A stretch of DNA of 64,000 nucleotides from Macrostomum lignano (lineage: Eukaryota): assembly GCA_002269645.1 (NCBI GenBank), contig NIVC01003972.1, forward strand, positions 1 through 64,000, given 5' to 3'. Position 1 is the stretch's first letter. Each line of letters opens with the position of its first letter. The notes beneath the pieces were generated by a model. It did no database searches and was not told where the DNA came from. It was given only the letters and a program-made list of their open reading frames with translations. Below are positions 20,616-32,600 of the stretch, piece by piece. The position numbers were made by a program, and so were the translations under genes.

Positions 20616-23600
20616 TTAAAAACATTCGGTAGTCATGGCAACGCCGTCACAACCCGACGATTCGCTGCTGCCAAGCCGCCTGAGCAGGTCGTCCCGCTCA
20701 GCCCTGACGGCCGCCAGCTCGGCTTGGCAGCGGGCCAACCGCTTGGCCAGCTCATCTGAGCCCACTGCCTGGCTCTGCTTCTGCTGCTTGTTCTGCTTTG
20801 AGCAGCTGCTGCAGACTGAGTCTGGTCTGGGCTGGTCCGTGGGAGCTGAAAAGTTAGGGCGAAATTGACAGCTCATGACCCATCCTGAATCTCCATGACC
20901 CATCCCGAATCTTCATGACCCATCCTGAATCTCCATGACCAATCCTGAATCTCCATGACCAATCCTGAATCTCCATGACCCATCCTGAATCTCCATGACC
21001 AATCCTGATTCTCCATGACCCATCCTCAATCTCCATGACCCATCCTGAATCTCCATGACCTATCCTGAATCTTCACGACCCATCCTAAATCTCCATGACC
21101 AATCCTGAATCTCCATGACCCATCCTGAATCTCCATGACCCATTCTGCAACTCCATGACCCATTCTGAATCTCCATGACCCATCCTGAATATCCATGACC
21201 AATCCTGAATCTTAATGACCCATCCTAAATCTCCATGACCAATCCTGAATCTCCATGACCAATCCTGAATCTCCATGACCCATCCTGAATCTCCATGACC
21301 CATCCTGAATCTCCATGACCAATCCTGAATCTTAATGACCCATCCTAAATCTCCATGACCAATCCTGAATCTCCATGACCAATCCTGAATCTCCATGACC
21401 CATCCTGAATCTCCATGACCCATTCTGCAACTCCATGATCCATTCCGAATCTCCATGACCCATTCTGCAACTCCATGACCCATTCTGCAACTCCATGACC
21501 CATTCTGCAACTCCATGGCCCATTTTGAATCTCCATGATGACCCATATCTATGACCCATTTTCAGCGTTTAGCCTCACCAACAATCCGCATGACATTGTC
21601 CGTTCCACGCAGCATGGAGAGGCGGCCGGGAGCCTCCAGCCGGACTGACGGGTGCTCACCGGGGCAGGTGGCGTTCAGACAGGGCTGGTCGGACTGCAGT
21701 GGGTGAATGAGAATTGCAATATGGGTGAATGGGATTCGCAATATGGGGTGAATGGTATTCACAATACGGGGTGAATGGGATTTGCAATATGGGTGAATGA
21801 GAATTGCAATATGGGTGAATGAGAATTGCAATATGGGTGAATGAGAATTGCAATATGGGGTGAATGGGAATTGCAATATGGGGTGAATGGGAATTGCAAT
21901 ATGGGGTGAATGGGATTCGCAATATGGGGTGAATGGTATTCACAATACGGGGTGAATGGGATTTGCAATATGGGTGAATGAGAATTGCAATATGGGTGAA
22001 TGAGAATTGCAATATGGGTGAATGAGAATTGCAATATGGGGTGAATGGGAATTGCAATATGGGGTGAATGGGAATTGCAATATGGGGTGAATGGGATTCG
22101 CAATATGGGGTGAATGGTATTCACAATACGGGGTGAATGGGATTTGCAATATGGGTGAATGAGAATTGCAATATGGGTGAATGAGAATTGCAATATGGGT
22201 GAATGAGAATTGCAATATGGGTGAATGAGAATTGCAATATGGGGTGAATGGGAATTGCAATATGGGGTGAATGGGAATTGCAATGTGGGGTGAATGGGAT
22301 TTGCAATATGGGGTGAAGGGATTTGCAATATGGGTGAATGAGAATTGCAATATGGGTGAATGGGATTTGCAATATGCGTGAATGGGATTCGCAATATGGG
22401 TGAATGGGATTTGCAATATGGGTGAATGGGATTCGCAATATGGGTAAATGGGATTTGCAATATGGGTGAATGGGATTTGCAATATGGGTGAATGGGATTC
22501 GCAATATGGGTGAATGGGATTCGCAATATGGGTGAATGGGATTTGCAATATGGGTGAATGGGATTTACAATATGGGGTGAATGGGATTCGCAATATGGGT
22601 GAAAAGGAACTGAATTTAGTAAACGGACACTCTCCAGTGGTTGAATAGAAATCGAGCTCAGGACCTCTATATTCGATTTAAAAAATGATTTTAGTCCACA
22701 CCGTGACATTTCTATGACCCCCACTGCACTCGTGCACCTGCTTCTCCAGCTTTGCGGGCAAAGACCCGCCTTGATATCGAGTTTCAGCCTTGCCAATAAG
22801 CAGTCCCCCATTGCCGCTTCAATGGTTATTGCCCAGCCAGGCGCGAGTTGAACATGATATCAGGTACTGATTCTGGCTAACAGGGGCCAATACTTTAGGT
22901 TAAGTTATGGCGAATTAAAATTGTTTAAAGTATTGTTGTAGCATGCAGTGTTATTGGTGCAGGAGTAGACAAGGGTATTTATTACTTTGCTCACGAACTA
23001 CAGACAATTTTAGACTAAGATGTGATAGCATATCGGGCAGAGCAGTGTCACAGAGAGTGCAACTGGGAGTGCCACTGGGAGTGCTACAGGGACAGGGAGT
23101 GCTACAGGGAGTGCCACTGGGAGTGCCACTGGGAGTGCCACTGGGAGTGTTACTGGGAGTGCCACTGGGAGTGCTACAGGGAGTGCCACTGGGAGTGCTA
23201 CAGGGAGTGTTACTGGGAGTGCCACTGGGAGTGCTACAGGGAGTGCCACTGGGAGTGCTACTGGGAGTGTTACTGGGAGTGCCACTGGGAGTGCTACAGG
23301 GAGTGCCACTGGGAGTGCTACAGGGACTGGGAGTGCTACTGGGAGTGCCACTGGGAGTGCTACAGGGAGTGCCACTGGGAGTGCTACAGGGACTGGGAGT
23401 GCTACAGGGAGTGCCACTGGGAGTGCCACCGGGAGTGCTACAGGAAGTGCTACTGGGAGTGCCACTGGGAGTGCCACTGGGAGTGCCACTGGGAGTGCTA
23501 CTGGGAGTGCCACTGGGAGTGCTACAGGGAGTGCCACTGGGAGTGCTACAGGGAGTGCCACTGGGAGTGCTACAGGGACTGGGAGTGCTACAGGGAGTGC

Positions 23601-26600
23601 CACTGGGAGTGCCACCGGGAGTGCTACAGGAAGTGCTACTGGGAGTGCCACTGGGAGTGCCACTGGGAGTGCCACTGGGAGTGCCACTGGGAGTGCCACT
23701 GGGAGTGCTACTGGGAGTGCCACCGGGAGTGCTACAGGGAGTGCCACTGGGAGTGCTACAGGGAGTGCCACTGGGAGTGCTACAGGGAGTGCCACTGGGA
23801 GTGCTACTGGGAGTGCCACTGGGAGTGCCACTGGGAGTGCTACTGGTAGTGCTACTGGGAGTGCTACAGGGAGTGCCACTGGGAGTGCTACAGGGAGTGC
23901 CACTGGGAGTGCTACAGGGAGTGCCACTGGGAGTGCTACTGGGAGTGCTACAGAGAGTGTCACAGGGAGTGTCACAGGGAGTGGCATCGGGGGTGACAAA
24001 AGGAGTGCCATAGGGAGTGACAAAAGGGGTGCCATCGGGGTGACAAAAGGAGTGCCATCGGGGGTGACAAAAGGAGTGCCATCGGGAGTGACAAAAGGAG
24101 TGCCATCGGGAGTGACAAAAGGAGTGCCATCGGGAGTGACAAAAGGGGTGCCCCAAGGAGTCAATGAGTGACACACAATGCGCCGCGCCCTTTGCTTACC
24201 ACAAGCTCCGCCTTGACGGCCTCCACAAGCAGGCGCATCGGCAGGGCCGGCAGCAGCAGCTCGTCCTCGAAGAAGTCACCAAGGCCGGCCAGCACGGACA
24301 GTCCGGCTGACAGGGACAAATCGGCCGCCTGGACGAACACCTCGCTGTTGCCCGGATCCTCCAGCTTCCGCGCCTCATCAATATAGACTCGAACCCGAAG
24401 CCGCGCCGGTTTGGCTTGGAGACCGTCGCCGCTGCCGACATCGTCCAGAACGTCGACACGCGGCTGCCGGGCTGTCAGCGCGGCGCTCAATGCGACTCTC
24501 GAATTGGCGTCGTCGGCTGCGGCCAGGCCGACCCGGCGGGAGGCGATGCGCACCAGCGAGCCCGCGTGGTCCACCGTCACCAGCACGCTGGAGCCCAGCA
24601 GGCCGCCAGTCAGGCTGGGCAGCCGCACCTCCGAGCCACCGCCGCCGCCTCCGCCGGTTGTCTCATCCTCGTCCTTGTCGACGCTGTCGGCCACCGACAG
24701 ACCGGGCACGGCCAGGCAGGCGCCGGCCTGGGCGGCGGCCTGAGCGGCGGCCTCGGCCTCTTCGAGCAGCTGCAGGCGACGCTGCTGAACCTCGCTGGCG
24801 CTGAGGTCGTCGCTGGACACGGAGACCCGCTCCCAGTCGTCGCCAACGTCGGAGCCGCCGCTGTCTAAGCTGGCCGCCGAGCCCTGCAAGATTTTGGATA
24901 CTTCAGAGGTTCAGTTTTCGGAACCAGGGGTTGCGGAGCGAAAGTTATATCTAAAAATCATCATACTACTGAAGCTCCTGCTCAGTAGTGTAGTAAGCAA
25001 ATAGCTTAAATTCCATGGAAAGGCTGAAGCAACCAACCCGGTGCTTTGCACTGGCAACCAAGCGGCGGCCAAGGCGCTCTACAAACTGTTGAGGCGCATT
25101 GGACTGCTGCTGCTGCTGCTGATGATGATGTTGCTGTTGCCTAGCAACTGCGATTGGCGACGCGCTTGGCGACGAAGCTGAAGCTGTTGAAGGCGACGAG
25201 GAAGCTCCGGAGACGAGGAACTCGACGGGAGCGGAGGCGGCGTAGGCGGGGGCGCCGGGCGGACCCTCAGCCGAGCAGCTGTTGTTGACGGCCTGCCGGG
25301 CAAAGCTGGCGGCGTCCTCAGAGCCCGGGTCGGTGTCGGCGTCTGACGAGTCGCCGCTGGCCGAGCTGGAGCAGCAGCTGTCCGAGGCGCTGGCCGGGCA
25401 GGCCGGGTCCAGCAGGAGGCGCAGGCGGGCTCGGGGAATCGGCAACCAGACGGCGGCCACGGGGCCGGGCGGCCGGTCAGGCAGCCGCATGCCGCGCCGG
25501 TCCCGCTGAAGGCAGTCGGCAAAGTCGGCGAAGTCTTCGCCCATGCGCAGCAGGAACAGGTACTGCAGGTGCGTGAGGGCCAGCCGCAGCTCCCTGCCCG
25601 GGTCGGAGGGCAGGTCCAGCAGCACCACGAAGGAGTCCGGCGAGGAGCCCGCGGCAAGGAACGCATCGACGCGCCCGGCATCCAGGCAGGGCTGGCGGCG
25701 CGTCTTTCTGGTGTCGGCGCCGGGCGCGGCAAAGTCGCACCAGAGCCGGGGGCAGCGGAGGTGCCACACGGAGGATGGCGGAGCCACCGGGCCAACGGAG
25801 GCCGCCGCCTCGGCCAATGCGACGCGAAACGGCAGCCAGTCAAAGTCGGGATCGCCGGGGAAGTCGCCGGTTGAAGAGTCGGCTGCAGAAATGGCGGCCG
25901 CCAGCGAGTCGGCGAAGCCGGCCGGATCGTTGGAGATCGTCACGGAGTCCGCTTGCGCCTCCAGCACAGTTGGCCGGACCTGGTGCAGCTGCGGTGGCTG
26001 CTGCTCAGGTGCAGCCTTTGCTGGGATGAGCAGCTGCGTTGAGAATGAGGGGGCGAAGAGACTCCTCAATATGCTGTTCTCAGGGTCCTCAACGTGTTGT
26101 CCTCAGAGGCCTGAATATACTGTCCTCAGGGGCCTGAATATACTGTCCTCAGGGGCCTGAATATACTGTCCTCAGGGGCCTGAATATACTGTCCTCAGGG
26201 GCCTGAATATACTGTCCTCAGGGGTCTGAATATACTGTCCTCAGGGGCCTCAAAGTGCTGTCCTCAGGGGCCTGAATATGCTGTCCTCAGGGGCCTGAAT
26301 ATACTGTCCTCAGGGGCCTCAAAGTGCTGTCCTCAGGGGCCTGAATATACTGTCTTCAGGGCCTGAATATACTGTCCTCAGGGGTCTGAATATACTGTCT
26401 TCAGGGCCTGAATATACTGTCCTCAGGGGTCTGAATATACTGTCTTCAGGGCCTGAATATACTGTCTTCAGGGCCTGAATATACTGTCCTCAGGGGCCTG
26501 AATATACTGTCCTCAGGGGCCTTAACTTGCTGTCCTCAGGGTCTTCAAAGTACTGTCCTTGGGGTCTTCCATGTGTTGTCTTCAGGGGCTTCTATATGAT

Positions 26601-29600
26601 GTCCTCAGGGGCCTCAAGGTGCTGTCAACAAGGGCTCAGATGCTATTCTCAGGGCCTCAGATGCTATCTCCATGACCCATCCTGAATCTCCATGACCCAT
26701 CCTGAATCTCCATGACCAATCCTGAATCTCCATGACCCATCCTGAATCTCCATGACCAATCCTGAATCTCCATGACCCATCCTGAATCTCCATGACCAAT
26801 CCTGAATCTCCATGACCCATCCTGAATCTCCATGACCCATCCTGGACCCATCCATGACCCACCCATCCATCTAAAATCAGAGCCCCAGAGACAGCCATGG
26901 AGATGAGCAGGTCTCACCCTCGGGAAGATGCTCTCGGCCAGGACGTGCAGCGGTTCGCTGGAGCCGCTGGACTGAATCTGCAGCTGCTCCTGAAGCAATA
27001 ACGGGGTGAGAGTTGAGCTGAGACATCTGCAGTTGCTACTTGTTAGTAGAGTCGTGCGCAAAAACAGTTAATGTTAGTTTCCGCTACCAGAAAGCTTTAA
27101 CAGAATTGCATAGGGAAAATGTACTTACAGATTTCTGAAAATAATTACGACTGAAAACAAAGATTAACACATTTGAAACGGACAGTACATTGAAAACTAT
27201 TAAATTGGACTGACTTCCAACCAACAAAACTGTTTTCAGTGCTTTACAGTCCAGTGTGCTGACAAGTTTGTAAATACGAATACGTTTGAAATGCAAAAAT
27301 AGAGAGGTCCAACAGGAGACACGAGAGAAGTAGAGGGAGAGAATGGGAGAGGGAGAGGAGGGGAGAGGAAGAGGAGAGAGAGAAAGGGAAGAGAGGGGGG
27401 GAGAGGAAGAGGAGAGAGAGAAAGGGAAGAGAGGGGGGAGAGGAAGAGGAGAGAGAGAAAGGGAAGAGAGGGGGGAGAGGAAGAGGAGAGAGGAAGAGAA
27501 GGTGGTAGGGAAAGAAAGGGGGAGGGACAGAAGGGGAGAGGAAGAGGGGAGGGAGAGAAGGGGAGGTGCATGAAGGACTAGAATATGAAAATGTGCAGAA
27601 TATGTGCAGAATATGTTGATAACAGGCATGGTCAGATGGAGGAGGCGACTACTAAATGTTGCAGCCACAAGCAGGATACTTCCAGAGGCCATAATGACAG
27701 ACTTCTTAAAATGAATAATGAGCCGTGACAGCTTCCAGTAGAATTTATGATTGCTGTGGCCCAAACACAGCAGCTCCATTTCGCAATATTAACCAAAGAG
27801 CTGCAAGCAGGCAACAGGAAAAGCGGCTGGCAAAGCTTACAGGCTGGATGATGCTGCTGTCAAACGATTGCAACGAGGCGACCTGCTAGCGTTGAACAGT
27901 TTAAAACAGATCAACTTACAGCATGTGACCTCAGTGCAGTGTGAGCAGCATGGAACACGAGGAATCAAGCGAACTCAGGCAGAGCTGAGACGTAAATAAA
28001 AAATCCGACTTACCAGATTTTTGCTGAGCTTCAAGCTGAACGCATTCAGCCAGATCAGCGTGTCAAAGTCCAGCCTCAGGTGCAGAGGGCTCAGGTGCGC
28101 GTACAGGCAGGGCAAGGGGGCTGCGAGGGACAGAGGGGGAAATACATGAAATTCTGTAAAACAGGGTGACCCACTATGAACCAGAGTCCTCAGTCTCAAC
28201 CCTACAGAGTCCTCAGTCTCAACCCTACAAAGTCCTCAATCTCAGCCCTACAGAGTCCTCAATCTCAACCCCACAGAGGCACGCGAAGGTGTATTCAGCA
28301 CGCCAGTGAAGTATGAGACAGACTAGGCCTATGGGCTACGGTCTGCGATGCTTCACGCCTGCCCCTATCTTTGGCAGGTCAAGGCTGGTGGGAGGTCTGC
28401 ACCCTCTATTTGCCTCTGGCAGCCGCAGACCCCCCCCCCACGCTGTCTCGCAAGTCGACCCAGGGTACTCGTCCCCGCGTGTGTTCAAGGCAGACCCTAC
28501 GGCTGCCGGACAGACTGGGCTCCGGCGCTGGTGACCCAACCAGTGGCTTCGGCCGAATTTGGGTATGCGGGTCTGGCTCGCCAACCTGCAGGCCGTGGTA
28601 CTGCTCAACGTACTCTCTAATGCCTAAGGTGTTGACCGTGCCGATGGGCTGGAAGGCCGGGGAGTAGTCCGGTCGCAAGCGGTCCCCCTCCTGGTGTCGG
28701 GCCAGCCTTGAGGGTTCTATTGGCCTACTACCCGGTCAGGTGGAGCGGCCGGGTGGGTACCGCGCCCCTTTGAGGGTAGCCCACCAACCTTTATCATGGC
28801 CTTCGAGCCGACTATGGATAACCAAGCTTTTTCTAGGGACGGGGACCCTTCTAAACCCCAACCTCAGTCCGAAGGACCGGCCGGCCCTGCTGGCAGATCC
28901 CAACCGACTGATTCAACTGTGGCAAAGGAAGGACCGGCTGGCTCTGCTGGCAGATCCGACCAGAGCTACCAAACTCAAAATACCCAAAGACCTGCCAGCT
29001 CCGCTGGTGGATCTAAGGGAACCGCGAGCTCTGAGCCTAAAGGATCGGCCAAATCTGGCAGATCCGATGAAGCTCAGCGGGCTCGGCTTGAGCGCAAACG
29101 CGCTAAACAACGCGCCAAAAGGCAGGCCAAGAAGGGAGCTGCGGGGGCCAAAGCGGCGGCGTCCACCATGGATGCTGAAGCGACTGGCGTCCCAAGGCAA
29201 CCAGACGGGCCGGCCGGTGGAAGCTCCGGTAGTTCAGCGGCAGCGCTCCCTGGAGATGCTGCTGCGGCTGCTGAGGCCGAAACCACGGCGCAACAAATGG
29301 CCACTGCCAACAAGGAGGTTCCTTCGGGAGCTACCTTTGCGGCAAAGGCCAAGGCCAAAATCCCGGGAGTGATCATCCAAGGTCGCGACCAGGACTGGAC
29401 CACTGACCAGCTTCAAAAAGTGTGGAGTGCTGTTGACTCCTATCTGATTGAGCTGACTGTCGAGGAGGGAATCTCCATCGGCATTGAGCGGATGGTGCTG
29501 CGAAGCACATTCGTTCTTATTGCTCCTAGCAGTGAGGAGGACGCTCGGCAGCTGCTCCAGCGGCTACCGACGGTCTCCTTGGATGCTGACCTTGGCGGAG

Positions 29601-32600
29601 CTCTTTTTCTTCGCGAGGGCCAGCGTCCAAAGACGATACCCTATGTGGTTTTCGTCCCTGCTAAGAGCACCGCAGCTGGACCAGACGTTATCCGCCGGGT
29701 CCTACTGCGTCTGAACCCCGACCTCCCTGCTAGTGGACTGGTGTATCACCGCCGGGTCCGCAGGGGGGAGACGGGCAACTCAATTGTCCTCGGCCTTTCC
29801 AGCACTTGGGCGAGTCGGTACCCTAATGGATCCTCTTTCCAGCTGGGTGCCCTCAAGCTCAAGATGCGCCGAGGAAAGTCTGCCAAAGGGAAGGCTACTG
29901 CCAACCCCGGCATCTCCGGCAAGAGCGGGGCGCAGTCTAAGGCCCAAGGAAAGGCGCAAGCCAATCCCAAAGCCAAAGCTGCGTCTCGCCCCTCTGCTAG
30001 CAGCAGTTCGGCCACCGCGGTAACGGCTCCGGCCAAGCCCCGGGAACCGAACCTGCTAGTCGGAGAAGGAGTTGAGGACGAGGCCGGGTCTTCGGAATCC
30101 GAGCTCTCCTCGGCCGCCCTGGTGGGGTCTGAAGTCAAAGATGCAGATGAGGAAGCTTCCTCCATCCTGTCATCGGAGCCTGAGGACTCTGCTGGGGAGG
30201 GGGGGGGCGGTGAGGGTGAGGAGGCCATGGACGTCGACCAACTCCCATCTCCCAGTCAAGCCCCAGCGGCCTGGGACGAGGACGATCTGTTGTCCAAGTC
30301 TCCTTGATGGCCCTGGGCTCTAGCCAGATATTGCATTTAATACAGTATGACTAAGCTCCACGCTGCCAAAGGAGCGACATTCTGTCTGCAAATAAATCTA
30401 CAGCATTGCGTATCTGCGTCAGTAAATCTGATGAAGATTGCTGAGCTGTACAGGCCAGGCCTCATCCTGATCCAGGAACCCTGGATGCGCAACGGTAAGT
30501 TGCCCAACATTCCCTCTGGCTACTCTGATTTTTATGTGTGTGGCCCGGGGAACAGCCGCCCTAGAGCGGCTATCCTCGCTGCTAGCCATCTCCAGACTTG
30601 GCTGAGGACTGATCTCTCTGATGGAGACCTTTGCGTCATCCAATCTAATCATCTCTCTCCGCGTACGTGTCTTGTTGCCTCGGTTTATATCCCAGGCGAC
30701 AGAGACCCTGCTCCCGAGAGTTTACTGCGCCTTGCGCAGTACTGCGAGTACCAGAACGCTGAGCTGTGCTTAGGGGGCGACCTCAACGCGCACCACAAGC
30801 ACTGGGGCAGCAAAGATACCAACACTAGAGGAGAGGAGCTTCTGGCCCTCATCTCTAACACAAACCTCATGCTCTGCAACCGCGGTAGCACTCCTACCTT
30901 TAACAATGGCAAATGGACTGAGGTCTTCGACGCCACACTCGTTACCCCAAGACTCTTTGACAGAGTTGAGGAGTGGAGAGTCTGGTCTGAGGAGCCCTCC
31001 CTGTCTGACCACTGCTTTATCGTCTTTAACATCGCGGACACTAAACCCAGTCTCCGATCACTTGGAGGCGCAATATCCGCAACACTGATTGGGCGGCCTA
31101 CAAGGCTGCCCTTGATCTGCACCTGCAGGAACTCACGGACTTACGTCCGATTGAGACCTGCGAGGATGTGGATCATATGGCTGAGACGCTGACAGGTTGC
31201 ATTATTGCAGCCTACGAAGCGGCTTATCCTGCTCGCGCCTACAAAGGCAAGACCTCGGCGCCGTGGTGGAACCCGGAGCTGGGGAAACTCGGGCGGAAGG
31301 CCAAAATCCTTCATCGCCGTGCCATGAAGACCGGAAACCCGGAGGACATGGAGCTTTTCCGGCAAGCCTCCCGCAATTTCAAATCTGAAGTGCGCAAGGC
31401 CAAGGAATGTAAGTGGCGCCAATTCTGCAATGAATTGGATCAAGACAGACCTACTTCTAGGCTTGTCAAGGCCCTTATAATGGACAAAATGTCCAAATTA
31501 GCCATGATCAAAAAAGATGATGGCTCTCTTACTAAAGACCCTGAAGAAGTGCTTCAGCATATGCTCAGCACATTCTTCCGAGGGTACCTACTGCTAGACC
31601 GGAGCCCAACCATTCGATGGATGGAGCCACCCTAGCGGCGGGCATTGTCACTGAAGACCTAATCGCTCGTGCGGTCAGAACCTTCAAACCCTTCAAATCT
31701 CCTGGACCTGATGGTATCTACCCTGTTCTCCTTCGTGAAGCAGCCAAGATACCCTCGTTCCTGAGACTCACCCGCAATCTTATGCGGGCCTCTATCCAGC
31801 TGGGATACGTTCCCAAATGCTGGACTGAAGCTCGGTTAGTCTTTATTCCCAAACCTGGGAAGGGTGACTACCAAAGCGTCAAGGCCTTCCGGCCTATTAG
31901 CTTAACGTCAGCAATGCTTAAGCTCACTGAGAGGCTTATTCTCTGGCGGCTGCTGTCCTGCGAGCTGACAGCGATGCCCCTCAGCAATAATCAGCACGCC
32001 TTCCGTACCGGGAGGTCGACTGACAGCGCCCTGCATGCGATTGTCGAGAAGATTGAAAGGGCGGTACTGGGTGACGGTTACGCCCTGGCTCTCTTTCTTG
32101 ACATTGTTGGCGCCTTCGACAACGTTATCTTTGAAGCGTTTCAGAGGGCCCTTCAAAATCGCAAAGCTCATGCTACCCTCATACGGTGGATCATGTACAT
32201 GATCTCCAACCGTACGGTCACTGCCTAACTTCTTGGGCAAACTGCCTCCACCAGAGTCTGTAAGGGTGGACCCCAAGGCGGAGTCCTCACCCCGACGCTC
32301 TGGAACCTGGTCATGGACGCTCTTCTGGGTGACTCCCGACCCGACCCCGTCTTCAAAGTCGGGTATGCTGATGACGTCACGGCCATTGTGGCAGGACCGT
32401 CTCCCAGCACGCTCAGGGATCTGATGCAGAGCGTTATCCGCAAAGCAGAATCCTGGGCCAATGACAATGGTCTGGAACTCTCTGAGCCCAAAACCGTTGC
32501 CATTATGTTTACCAGCAGGCTACGCTGGAACATACGTCCTCTGCAGCTCTACGGCAGAGATATTGCCTTCGCGCACCAGACCAGATGTCTCAGGGTCATA

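Noticed and set aside
21562-24176. Long ORFs such as (PVAL)n, (ECHW)n and (HPYCNSHSP)n
   Set aside because: Translation artefacts of minisatellites inside BLTP3 introns; open in several frames on both strands.
24161-26160. Many overlapping GC-rich ORFs on both strands
   Set aside because: Shadow ORFs of two large GC-rich BLTP3 exons.
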